A DNA stretch of 32,000 nt from Candidatus Saccharimonadota bacterium (GTDB taxonomy: Bacteria; Patescibacteriota; Saccharimonadia; Saccharimonadales; UBA4665): positions 360,001-392,000 of the forward strand of contig OY970322.1 in NCBI GenBank assembly GCA_963716945.1, read 5' to 3'. Position 1 is the first letter of the stretch; every line of letters starts with the position of its first letter. The position numbers were made by a program, and so were the translations under genes. The notes under the pieces were generated by a model, which was not told where the DNA came from, did no database searches, and saw only the letters and a program-made list of their open reading frames with translations. Positions 1 through 7,355 of the stretch are shown in pieces.

Positions 1-481
1 GTTGCCGGCCGGCTAATTGCGGCGGCTGGTCTACCACAATTGTATCACCGAAATCGTCAATTACCTTCTGGGCTATCTTAAAACCGATCTCCTTGTGGGC
101 CTGTTCGCGCCCCCTGTAAACCAGCGTAATCTTGACCTTGTGTCCGGCTTCCAGGAACTTTGCCACCTTGCCCATCTTAATCGATAAGTCGTGGGCCCCG
201 ATCTTGAGTCCGAAACGCATCTGCTTCATGTCGAGCGTCTTGGTCGTCTTGCGGTTTTTCTGCTGCTGCTTGGTCCGCTGGTAATTAAACTTGCCCCAAT
301 CGACAATTTTGCATACCGGCGGATCGGCGTCAGGTGAAATTTCCACCAGGTCGAGGTCGCGCTCTTGCGCGAGTTGCAGGGCCTCCTGCTTGCTCAAGAT
401 GCCTAACTGCTTGCCGTCTTCGTCGATGACGCGCAGCCGAGGCGCCCGAATCTGATCATTCAGGCGGGTGTATTTGGCGAT
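1..481 (-). CDS. infC: Translation initiation factor IF-3, 3' end cut by window edge, apparent non-canonical AUC start
   Basis: Minus-strand translation 481->1 reads IAKYTRLNDQIRAPRLRVIDEDGKQLGILSKQEALQLAQERDLDLVEISPDADPPVCKIVDWGKFNYQRTKQQQKNRK...KITLVYRGREQAHKEIG, collinear with bacterial IF-3 (N domain, Lys-rich linker, C domain). An in-frame TAA (494-496) leaves no ATG/GTG/TTG upstream of the conserved N-terminus. AAGGAG (490-495) lies 8 nt upstream of ATC (479-481). Absent from the ORF track. Confidence 0.9.
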   Translation of the reverse strand, partial: MAKYTRLNDQIRAPRLRVIDEDGKQLGILSKQEALQLAQERDLDLVEISPDADPPVCKIVDWGKFNYQRTKQQQKNRKTTKTLDMKQMRFGLKIGAHDLSIKMGKVAKFLEAGHKVKITLVYRGREQAHKEIGFKIAQKVIDDFGDTIVVDQPPQLAGRQ

Positions 482-519
482 AGGTCCGTCTCCTTACTTG
501 TTGATTTCAAGGTATCAGC

Positions 520-548
520 ATTCTAACAGATAGAATTCCAGAGGTCAA
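520..548 (-). promoter_or_regulatory. Candidate sigma70-type promoter for infC (TTGACC-17 nt-TAGAAT)
   Basis: Minus strand reads TTGACC (548-543), a 17-nt spacer, then TAGAAT (525-520), about 40 nt upstream of the infC start. Confidence 0.5.
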
Positions 549-556
549 CAAATTGC

Positions 557-2095
557 TTAATCTTTTCGGCCTTGGGAGCGGTAGGCCAAAGCCTCGCCGA
601 TATGGGCCGCCGTTATCGAATCCGAAAGCTCAAGGTCGGCGATCGTGCGGGCGACCTTGATGGTCCGCATGTAAGCCCTGGCCGAGAGCTTGAGCTGGCC
701 GGCCGCGGCGTTCAGCAGCGACCCGGCTTCGGTATCGAGACAGGCGAAAGCCTTGATGTCGCGGTTGGCCATCCCGGCGTTGAGCCGGTGTCCGCCGTAG
801 CGTTTGGCTTGCTGCCGCCGGGCCCGCCAAATGCGCTGCCGGACCGTCAGGTCGGCCGCCGGCCTGGCCTTTTGCGCCAGCAGCCGCTCATGCTGAACCT
901 CGTGGACGCTGCAACAGAGGTCAATCCGGTCCAGGATCGGTCCGGAAAGCTTCTGTCGGTAGCGGACCAGTTCGTATGGCCGGCAGCCGCAAACGCTGCC
1001 GCTGGTGCCAGCCGGCACGCCATAGTAGCCGCAAGGGCAGGGGTTGGCTGTGGCTACCAAAATGAAATCGGCCGGGTAGTCGGCCGTCTCCTTGGCCCGG
1101 GCGACGCTGATAATACGGTCTTCAAGCGGTTGGCGCAGGGCCTCCAGCGTTTCACGCTGGAACTCCGGCAGCTCATCGAAGAAGAGCACGCCGCGGTGGG
1201 CCAGGCTGATCTCGCCGGGCCGCAGCCTGGCGCCGCCGCCGACGATGGCCGCGTGGCTGGCGCTATGGTGCGGCGTCCGGAAAGGCCGCTCGGTTACCAG
1301 CTGCTCGTAATCATGGCCGGCCAGGCTGTGCAGGTGGGTGACCTCCAGTATCTCTTCTCTGTTAAGGGGCGGCAGCAGGCCTTTCAGCGCCTTGGCCAGC
1401 ATGCTTTTGCCGGTGCCCGGCGGCCCGCTTAACAGGACGTTATGGCCGCCGGCAGCGGCGATTTCCAACGCCCGCTTGGCTTGGGCCTGACCGATGACTT
1501 CGCTTAATTGGACGCCGTTTTGGCCGGGTTTTGGCCGGGCCGGCCGGTATTTGCCCGAACCTGTCACGACCGGTTCTATAACCTGGCCGCCGTTTAGGTG
1601 GCCGTAAAGCTGTTGCAGGCTCCGGACCGGTATCAAATTAACCTTCGGCACCAGCTGGGCCTGTCCCAGGTTGGCCTCGGGTATATAGAAGGTGGTGACG
1701 GCCTTGGCCCGGCCGGACAGGACTTTGCCGATTATGCCCCTGACCGCCCGGGTCGAACCGTCCAGGCCCAGCTCGCCGATAAAGGCCTGGTGCTTGCCGG
1801 TTTCGCCGCTAAGTTGGCCGTCGGCCAGCAGGATGGCGACGGCTATGGCCAGGTCGAAGCCGCTATCTGCCTTGGGAATGTCGGCCGGCGCCAGATTAAC
1901 AGTGATGCGCTTACGAGGTAGCATTATATGGCTAGTCGCGAACGCACCCCTGATACGCTCCCGTGATTCGTCGACCGCCTTGTTGGCGAAGCCGACAATT
2001 ACGATATTAGGCAGGTTATTGGACAGGTGGCATTCTATATCGACGATTGTTCCGGCCGATCCGGCAGCGATAATGCTTTGTACGGCGGCACCCAT
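557..2095 (-). CDS. comM: YifB/ComM-family Mg-chelatase-like AAA+ ATPase
   Basis: Track ORF 557..2170. Has Walker A GPPGTGKS, Walker B VLFFDELPEF, an N-terminal Lon/ChlI-like region (VDIECHLSNNLPNIVIVGFANKAVDESRERIRGAF) and a C-terminal SARAYMRTIKVARTIADL motif, all typical of ComM/YifB. I prefer the ATG at 2095 (MGAAVQSII...). The TTG-2170 extension has no family-like sequence and contains a terminator-like hairpin. Confidence 0.9.
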   Translation of the reverse strand: MGAAVQSIIAAGSAGTIVDIECHLSNNLPNIVIVGFANKAVDESRERIRGAFATSHIMLPRKRITVNLAPADIPKADSGFDLAIAVAILLADGQLSGETGKHQAFIGELGLDGSTRAVRGIIGKVLSGRAKAVTTFYIPEANLGQAQLVPKVNLIPVRSLQQLYGHLNGGQVIEPVVTGSGKYRPARPKPGQNGVQLSEVIGQAQAKRALEIAAAGGHNVLLSGPPGTGKSMLAKALKGLLPPLNREEILEVTHLHSLAGHDYEQLVTERPFRTPHHSASHAAIVGGGARLRPGEISLAHRGVLFFDELPEFQRETLEALRQPLEDRIISVARAKETADYPADFILVATANPCPCGYYGVPAGTSGSVCGCRPYELVRYRQKLSGPILDRIDLCCSVHEVQHERLLAQKARPAADLTVRQRIWRARRQQAKRYGGHRLNAGMANRDIKAFACLDTEAGSLLNAAAGQLKLSARAYMRTIKVARTIADLELSDSITAAHIGEALAYRSQGRKD

Positions 2096-2144
2096 GGCCT
2101 CAAAACCTTTCCGGTGCCCGCCCCGCACGTTAATGGGACAAAGT

Positions 2145-2178
2145 AAAACACCTTGTCCTGGTGGGGACAAGGTGTTTT
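2145..2178. terminator. Perfect 14-bp inverted repeat, intrinsic-terminator-like on both strands, 50 nt upstream of comM ATG
   Basis: aaaacaccttgtcc (2145-2158), loop tggtgg, ggacaaggtgtttt (2165-2178). The stem is flanked by an A-run and a T-run, so either strand gives a hairpin followed by U-rich sequence. Confidence 0.5.
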
Positions 2179-2318
2179 AACAATGATTTAAGATTTTTTG
2201 TTTGGTCTTTGGTGTTAAGGTTTTGATTTGTACTTGGTGGGACAACGACTTGCGAGAAATCGTCGTCCCAATAGGTCTTTTTGTTTTTGAGCACTTAATT
2301 TGTTCAAGTGCTATACGT

Positions 2319-2347
2319 ATCTTATAGAATAGATAAATCGGCGTCAA
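2319..2347 (-). promoter_or_regulatory. Candidate minus-strand promoter (TTGACG-17-TAAGAT) driving the comM leader or a small RNA
   Basis: Minus strand reads TTGACG (2347-2342), 17 nt, TAAGAT (2324-2319), inside the AT-rich region 2171-2393. Confidence 0.4.
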
Positions 2348-2453
2348 TAACAATTATGGTTAATATTTAACAAACCTGTGCATAACTTTTTGCGGGGCTC
2401 GCCGGCGCGGCCGCGGCCGGCCGGATCCGGGACCGGCTTTAAGCATAAGGACA

Positions 2454-2482
2454 TTGACATTTTGTGCCCGCCGTGCTAGGAT
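2454..2482 (+). promoter_or_regulatory. Near-consensus promoter TTGACA-17-TAGGAT
   Basis: TTGACA 2454-2459, a 17-nt spacer, TAGGAT 2477-2482. The next plus-strand CDS starts at 2817, leaving about 330 nt untranslated. Confidence 0.55.
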
Positions 2483-2816
2483 AGTTAGCGTAAGTCACCA
2501 AAACAAAAACGTTCGTACAACCCAAAAACGAAAGCCCTCGCGGGGGCGGCCGGCTTACAACAACAACGCTCTGTTTGGCCCTCAAGGCCGATAGAGCGGT
2601 CAGTCAAAGTCCTGCGCGAACTTGTTCGCCAGGCATCCCTAGCTGTGGGCGGTAAGCGCTACAATAGTCTATTTATATGAGCGGATTTATCGCCCCGGCA
2701 CTAAGCTTCACCTAATTAAGCTGCTGCCGGACGCCTCTGCGCCGGCAGCGCTTTACACAAGAAGCCAAGCCGAAACCTTTAATATAGAAAATACCGGAAA
2801 GCACCTTATAACCACA

Positions 2817-3185
2817 ATGAAGCCTCTCGCCCGTAAACATTTCTGGAAATTCGCCGGCCTGGCAGCCGTCGACGCCGTCATGTTCGGCTTCACTAACGCC
2901 GCTAACGTGCCGTCTTTCGTGCTGATGGCCGGTTTCTTGCTCTTGTCGGTAACCTTTTATTACCTGATACGCGGCTTGCTGGCGGCATCCGCTCTGTACG
3001 GGCTGACGGTCAGGCGTAAACGGCGCCTGGCGGCGGTTATGACCGGTTCGCTGAGCGCTATGGTAGCGCTGCAATCGATCGGCGAGCTAAACGCCCGCGA
3101 TGTCCTGGTGCTGATACCGCTGATGCTTATCGGCTACGTTTACATGTCTTACGGTAAAAGTACCCGCACCCTGGCTGAAGCTTAG
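2817..3185 (+). CDS. Small polytopic membrane protein, hypothetical
   Basis: 122-aa ORF with several hydrophobic segments (FAGLAAVDAVMFGF, FVLMAGFLLLSVTFYYLI, AAVMTGSLSAMVAL, VLVLIPLMLIGYVYM). The antisense ORF 2712..3074 is Arg/Gln-rich and implausible. No family recognised. Confidence 0.6.
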   Translation: MKPLARKHFWKFAGLAAVDAVMFGFTNAANVPSFVLMAGFLLLSVTFYYLIRGLLAASALYGLTVRRKRRLAAVMTGSLSAMVALQSIGELNARDVLVLIPLMLIGYVYMSYGKSTRTLAEA

Positions 3186-3249
3186 CCCGGGCCGTTCCGA
3201 CCCGGCCAGCCGCTATCATCAAGCTTACGCAACCTGTATAATAAGTACT

Positions 3250-3678
3250 ATGGATCCGTCTAGTAAGCCACCTTCGGGAATTGAATCCTCACCGGCGGAG
3301 TTGAGTCTGCCGCCGGCGGCTGCCAACTCCGGTGAAATTCCGCTTGGGCCGCTTGAGCAAGCGCCGGCTAACGCCGAGAAGGCGCCGGCCCCGCGGCAGC
3401 CCGGTACGGCCACGCCTTCGATATCAACCATACCTTTGCCCGTCCCGCAGCCGGCCCCGGTCGTGCCGGCGCCTGCCGCCGGGGTGTCTGCCGTGCCGCC
3501 GGCCGCGCCGGTTATCGAAGACGACGGTGACCTGATCGAAAAGGCCTGGGTCGACAAAGCCAAGCAGATCGTCGAACGTACCCGCGACGACCCTCATAAG
3601 CAGAGCGAAGAACTAACCGTTTTCAAGGCTGACTATATGAAGAAGCGCTATGGCAAGACTATAAAAATAAGTCAGTAG
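3250..3678 (+). CDS. Hypothetical protein with Pro/Ala-rich N-terminal half and charged helical C-terminal half
   Basis: 142-aa ORF ending 5 nt before the ATPase gene. The C-terminus DLIEKAWVDKAKQIVERTRDDPHKQSEELTVFKADYMKKRYGKTIK looks protein-like. TATAAT at 3237-3242 lies 7 nt before the ATG. Confidence 0.6.
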   Translation: MDPSSKPPSGIESSPAELSLPPAAANSGEIPLGPLEQAPANAEKAPAPRQPGTATPSISTIPLPVPQPAPVVPAPAAGVSAVPPAAPVIEDDGDLIEKAWVDKAKQIVERTRDDPHKQSEELTVFKADYMKKRYGKTIKISQ

Positions 3679-3683
3679 CAATA

Positions 3684-6600
3684 ATGACAGTGTTTCTCTT
3701 CATCCTGGCAATCATCCTTGCGATGGTTCTAATTGCCGTACCGATCGTCTTCCTGCAGACCAGGAAGGTTTTCCGCGAGCAGAAGAACTATGAGCGCGGC
3801 CTCAAGATCGTGCCCTTGCTGATCCACTTGCCGCCGCCGAGCGATGATACCGAGGTCGGCAACCGCGACGTCCGCGACGTGACCGATGAGACCATTAGCA
3901 AAGCCCAGGTCATCTACAACATTATCGCCAGCACGGCCAAGAAGGATTTCAAGACTAATTTCTATGGCCAGCGCCATTTCGCCTTTGAAATCGTCGGCAG
4001 CCAGGGGTTCGTGTATTTTTACGCGGCCGTGCCGATAGCGCTTTTGGAAATCGTTAAACAGGCTATCAACAGCGCCTATCCGACCGCCCGGCTGGAAGAG
4101 GTAGCCGAGCATAACATTTTCAGCCCGGTCGGCCGGGTCAGCGGCACGGTTGGCGGGGAACTTACCCTCAAAGAACCCTTCGCTTACCCGATCGCTACCT
4201 ACCAGGACCTCAAACGCGACAGCCTGCAGGCGCTCCTGAACGCTTTGTCGACCCTCGGCAAAGAAGACGGTGCGGGCGTCCAGATACTGATCAGGCCGGC
4301 TAATGACTCATGGCGCAAGACAGCTTCGACCCTGGCCAGCAACAAACGCAAGGGCCACAAGCCGCTCGGTTTCGACCTCGGCAATATCGGCCCTCTGATA
4401 CATGACATAGCCTTAGCCGTGGTTAAACCGCCCGAAGGCGGCAAAGACGGCGAGTCCAAGAGTCCGGAGCTATCCAATATGGAACAGGCCACGCTGGACG
4501 CCATTGACGAGAAAACCCGGCATCCGGGCTTCGAGGTCGTGATCAGGGTCGTCGCCTCTTCGAATATCAGCCAGCGGGCCCAAGCCGTGCTGAATAACGT
4601 GGTGGCCAGCTTCGCCCTCTACGACGCGCCCGGCAAGAACGGGTTCAAATACACGCCGGCCAAGGATATCGACGCTTTGATAACGGCTTATATAATGCGG
4701 TTTTTCGACCAGAACCATAATAAGAACATCCTTAATTCGGTCGAACTGGCGACGCTGTTCCATTTCCCGGACGAGAATAATATTCCGACTTCGCAGCTGA
4801 CGCGCCAGGCGTCCAAACAAGTCGACGGGCCGCGCAACATGCCCGACGAGGGCTTGCTGCTGGGCTACAACCTCTTCCGCGGCATCAAAAAACCGATTAG
4901 GCTGAGCGTCGGTGACCGGCAGCGCCATATGTACGTCGTCGGCCAGACCGGTACCGGTAAGTCGACCTTCCTGGAGAACCTGGCGCTGCAGGATATGCTG
5001 AGCGGCAACGGTTTCGCATTCGTCGACCCACACGGCGACACGGCCGAGAAGCTGCTGTCGATGGTGCCGAAAGAGCGGACCGAGGACGTGATTTACTTTT
5101 CGCCGGCCGACATGGACCATCCGATGGGCCTTAATTTGTTCGAATACAGCAGCCCCGACCAGAAAGATTTCCTGATCCAAGAAGCCCTTAACATGCTTTA
5201 CAAGTTGTACGATCCGCAACATCAAGGCATCATGGGGCCGCGTTACGAGCACCTTTTCCGAAACGCGGCCTTGACGATTATGGCCGATCCCGAAGGTGGT
5301 ACGTTCGTCGATATACCTAAATTATTCCGCGACCAGAAATTCGTACAGCAGAAGTTACAACACGTTAAGGACATGAACGTGCTGGAATTCTGGAATAAAG
5401 AAATGCCGGCCAGCCAGCGCTCCAATGATTTCGGCGAAGTCACCAGCTGGTTCGTCAGCAAGTTCGGCGCCTTCCTGAGCAATGAAATGATGCGTAACAT
5501 TATCGGCCAGACTAAGAGCGCTTTCGACCTGCGCGACATCATGGATAATAAGAAAATCCTGCTGGTCAACCTCAGCAAGGGCCGGACCGGCGAGCTTAAC
5601 TCCAAGCTGCTGGGTATGGTTTTCGTGATGAAATTCCAGGCGGCGGCTATGAGCCGGTCCGACATACCGGAGGAGGACCGGATTGACTTCAGCCTGTATG
5701 TCGACGAGTTCCAAAACTTCTCGACCGACAGTTTCGCGACCATCATGTCCGAGGCCCGGAAATACCACCTGAACCTGATCGTGGCCAACCAGTTCACGAC
5801 CCAGCTGACCCAGGAAATCCGCGACGCCGTCTTCGGTAACATGGGTACGATCGTCAGTTTCCGGATCGGCCAGAACGATGTCGAGTCAATCGTGCAGTAC
5901 TTCCAGCCGACATTCGACGGCGACGACATATTAAGGGTGCCGAACTACAACGCCATCGTGCGGACGCTGATTGGCGGCGTACCGACCCAGCCGTTCAGTA
6001 TGGCTACGCTGCCGCCCCTGGGTACGCCCAATCCTCGTCTGTCGATAGCTCTTAAACAATTGTCGGCAGCTAAGTATGGCCGGCCTAAAGCCGTGGTCGA
6101 GCGCGAGATCAACGAACGTATGGTAACTAAGGGCGAAGCTTTGCCCGGCGGCGGCCGGCCGTCATCATTGGGTGGCGGTGCCGGCTCCACGGCTTCAGCA
6201 TTTAACCGGCCGTCCGGCCCGGCCACTGGTGCCGGTTTGCCGGCCGCCTCCGCCGGCCGTCCCGCTCCGCCGCCGTCCGGCGGCGGGTCATTCCTGGATG
6301 AATGGCTGAATAAACGCCGTCGGGGCACGGCTCCGCCAAGCGTGGCGCCGGTGGCGCCTGCATCCGCCGCGGCTCCGGCTGCCGCGCCTGCCCCCGTCGC
6401 ACCGCCGCCTGCCGCGACTGCAGCTCCGGCGGCCCCGGTAAGTCCGGCCCCGGCCGGCTTCACGCCGCCGCAGCCGGCAGCGGCAGCTTCAGCTCAAGCT
6501 ATGCCGTCTCCCGCCGCGGCCGCGCCGACCCAAAACATCTCCAGCAACGAACTGGCCAAGAGCGAAGTCAGCGAAATAGCCGCCGAGCTCAAACAGGAAC

Positions 6601-6773
6601 TCGGGGCTTCAAAACTCACCGCCAGTACTTTCCCGCCTCCTAGCCCCGACCCCGAACCCGAACCGGCCAAGCCGACCGAACATTCGGTTGACCTGGGCGT
6701 AGAAGAGGGCGATACCATCTTCATAGACCGTGACGGGACCTTCCGCCCGGCCCAGCCCAAAAGCGCTAACTAA
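3684..6773 (+). CDS. Membrane-anchored VirD4/TraG/TraD-like (type IV secretion coupling-protein-like) P-loop ATPase with long Pro/Ala-rich C-terminal tail
   Basis: 1029 aa. N-terminal TM FLFILAIILAMVLIAVPIVFL. Walker A VVGQTGTGKST (about 4930-4970), FVDPHGD, Walker B LYVDEFQNF (about 5693-5719), then RKYHLNLIVANQFTTQL, matching the coupling-protein/TraD-type NTPase pattern. Roughly the last 230 residues are low-complexity P/A/G/S. Confidence 0.75.
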   Translation: MTVFLFILAIILAMVLIAVPIVFLQTRKVFREQKNYERGLKIVPLLIHLPPPSDDTEVGNRDVRDVTDETISKAQVIYNIIASTAKKDFKTNFYGQRHFAFEIVGSQGFVYFYAAVPIALLEIVKQAINSAYPTARLEEVAEHNIFSPVGRVSGTVGGELTLKEPFAYPIATYQDLKRDSLQALLNALSTLGKEDGAGVQILIRPANDSWRKTASTLASNKRKGHKPLGFDLGNIGPLIHDIALAVVKPPEGGKDGESKSPELSNMEQATLDAIDEKTRHPGFEVVIRVVASSNISQRAQAVLNNVVASFALYDAPGKNGFKYTPAKDIDALITAYIMRFFDQNHNKNILNSVELATLFHFPDENNIPTSQLTRQASKQVDGPRNMPDEGLLLGYNLFRGIKKPIRLSVGDRQRHMYVVGQTGTGKSTFLENLALQDMLSGNGFAFVDPHGDTAEKLLSMVPKERTEDVIYFSPADMDHPMGLNLFEYSSPDQKDFLIQEALNMLYKLYDPQHQGIMGPRYEHLFRNAALTIMADPEGGTFVDIPKLFRDQKFVQQKLQHVKDMNVLEFWNKEMPASQRSNDFGEVTSWFVSKFGAFLSNEMMRNIIGQTKSAFDLRDIMDNKKILLVNLSKGRTGELNSKLLGMVFVMKFQAAAMSRSDIPEEDRIDFSLYVDEFQNFSTDSFATIMSEARKYHLNLIVANQFTTQLTQEIRDAVFGNMGTIVSFRIGQNDVESIVQYFQPTFDGDDILRVPNYNAIVRTLIGGVPTQPFSMATLPPLGTPNPRLSIALKQLSAAKYGRPKAVVEREINERMVTKGEALPGGGRPSSLGGGAGSTASAFNRPSGPATGAGLPAASAGRPAPPPSGGGSFLDEWLNKRRRGTAPPSVAPVAPASAAAPAAAPAPVAPPPAATAAPAAPVSPAPAGFTPPQPAAAASAQAMPSPAAAAPTQNISSNELAKSEVSEIAAELKQELGASKLTASTFPPPSPDPEPEPAKPTEHSVDLGVEEGDTIFIDRDGTFRPAQPKSAN

Positions 6774-7339
6774 TCATGCCGGCGGCGCGAAGCCGTAGCC
6801 AGGTATACCATGAATTCCAAAGCCAGTCCGACGGCGAAGCCGCCGACGAGCAGCAAGAAGAAAACGAAGTAGTTATAGGTGAAGCCGATATGCTTGGCGA
6901 GGTATAGGTAGCCGCTGGTGCCGAAAAAGGCGACCAAGCCGCCGCCCAACAGCCCTGACGGCCGGCTGACAGTGTTGCCGGCGGCCTCGCTGACGACCCT
7001 GACGGCCGGCTGGTGGATAACCCGGCTAAGGGTCCGTTGCGGAGCGCTCAGCTGGCGTCTTATGCTTTGCAGCTCGCGCCTTAGGGTTATTTGTTTCAGC
7101 TCGCGGTTGATTTGGCGCGGTGTGGCCGGGTCTGAGGCTTTCTCGGCGGCGGCCAGGGCTTCCAGCGGGTTGGGCCCGGTTTCGACCCGAACCGTTTCGG
7201 CTACCGTTTCACGGGCTTCGTGCAGGGCTAGGCGGGGGTCTTTTTCGCCGGGCCGGAGCTTCTCGGCCTGTTCGGGCGCCGGCAGGGCGGGCAAGGCTTC
7301 GACTCTTTGCTCAGGACTGGTTTTAAGCTTTTCCGACAT
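6770..7339 (-). CDS. Hypothetical C-terminally membrane-anchored protein
   Basis: 189-aa ORF. AAGGAG lies 8 nt upstream of the ATG, and the start is 16 nt downstream of the preceding minus-strand gene, suggesting an operon. Two C-terminal hydrophobic segments (LLGGGLVAFFGTSGYLYL, FVFFLLLVGGFAVGLALEFMVYL). Confidence 0.65.
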   Translation of the reverse strand: MSEKLKTSPEQRVEALPALPAPEQAEKLRPGEKDPRLALHEARETVAETVRVETGPNPLEALAAAEKASDPATPRQINRELKQITLRRELQSIRRQLSAPQRTLSRVIHQPAVRVVSEAAGNTVSRPSGLLGGGLVAFFGTSGYLYLAKHIGFTYNYFVFFLLLVGGFAVGLALEFMVYLATASRRRHD

Positions 7340-7355
7340 TCCAAATACTCCTTAG

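Noticed and set aside
572-2180. Plus-strand ORFs (286, 162, 107, 72 aa) antisense to comM, and the TTG-2170 extension of comM
   Set aside because: The antisense ORFs are Arg/Ala/Gly/Pro-rich with no motifs, while the minus frame has clear ComM motifs. The 25-codon N-terminal extension has no family-like sequence and spans a terminator-like hairpin (2145-2178). I prefer the ATG at 2095.
2171-2400. The AT-rich region near comM, or the gyrB upstream region (8778-8966), as the chromosomal origin oriC
   Set aside because: There is only one DnaA-box-like 9-mer (TTATGCACA) at 2377-2385 and none near gyrB. No dnaA or dnaN is adjacent and there is no cluster of boxes or AT-rich 13-mer array.
2394-2437. 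A cluster of rare-cutter sites (NaeI, NotI, SacII, FseI, BamHI) that looks like a cloning polylinker or vector contamination
   Set aside because: There is no flanking vector-like sequence. A related block recurs at 18619-18641, and the core 12-mer's complement occurs within comM coding sequence. It fits native GC-rich palindromic sequence better.
2678-2716. A 12-codon mini-ORF (MSGFIAPALSFT) as a leader peptide
   Set aside because: It has no RBS, no regulatory codon run and no adjacent attenuator structure, so it cannot be told apart from chance.
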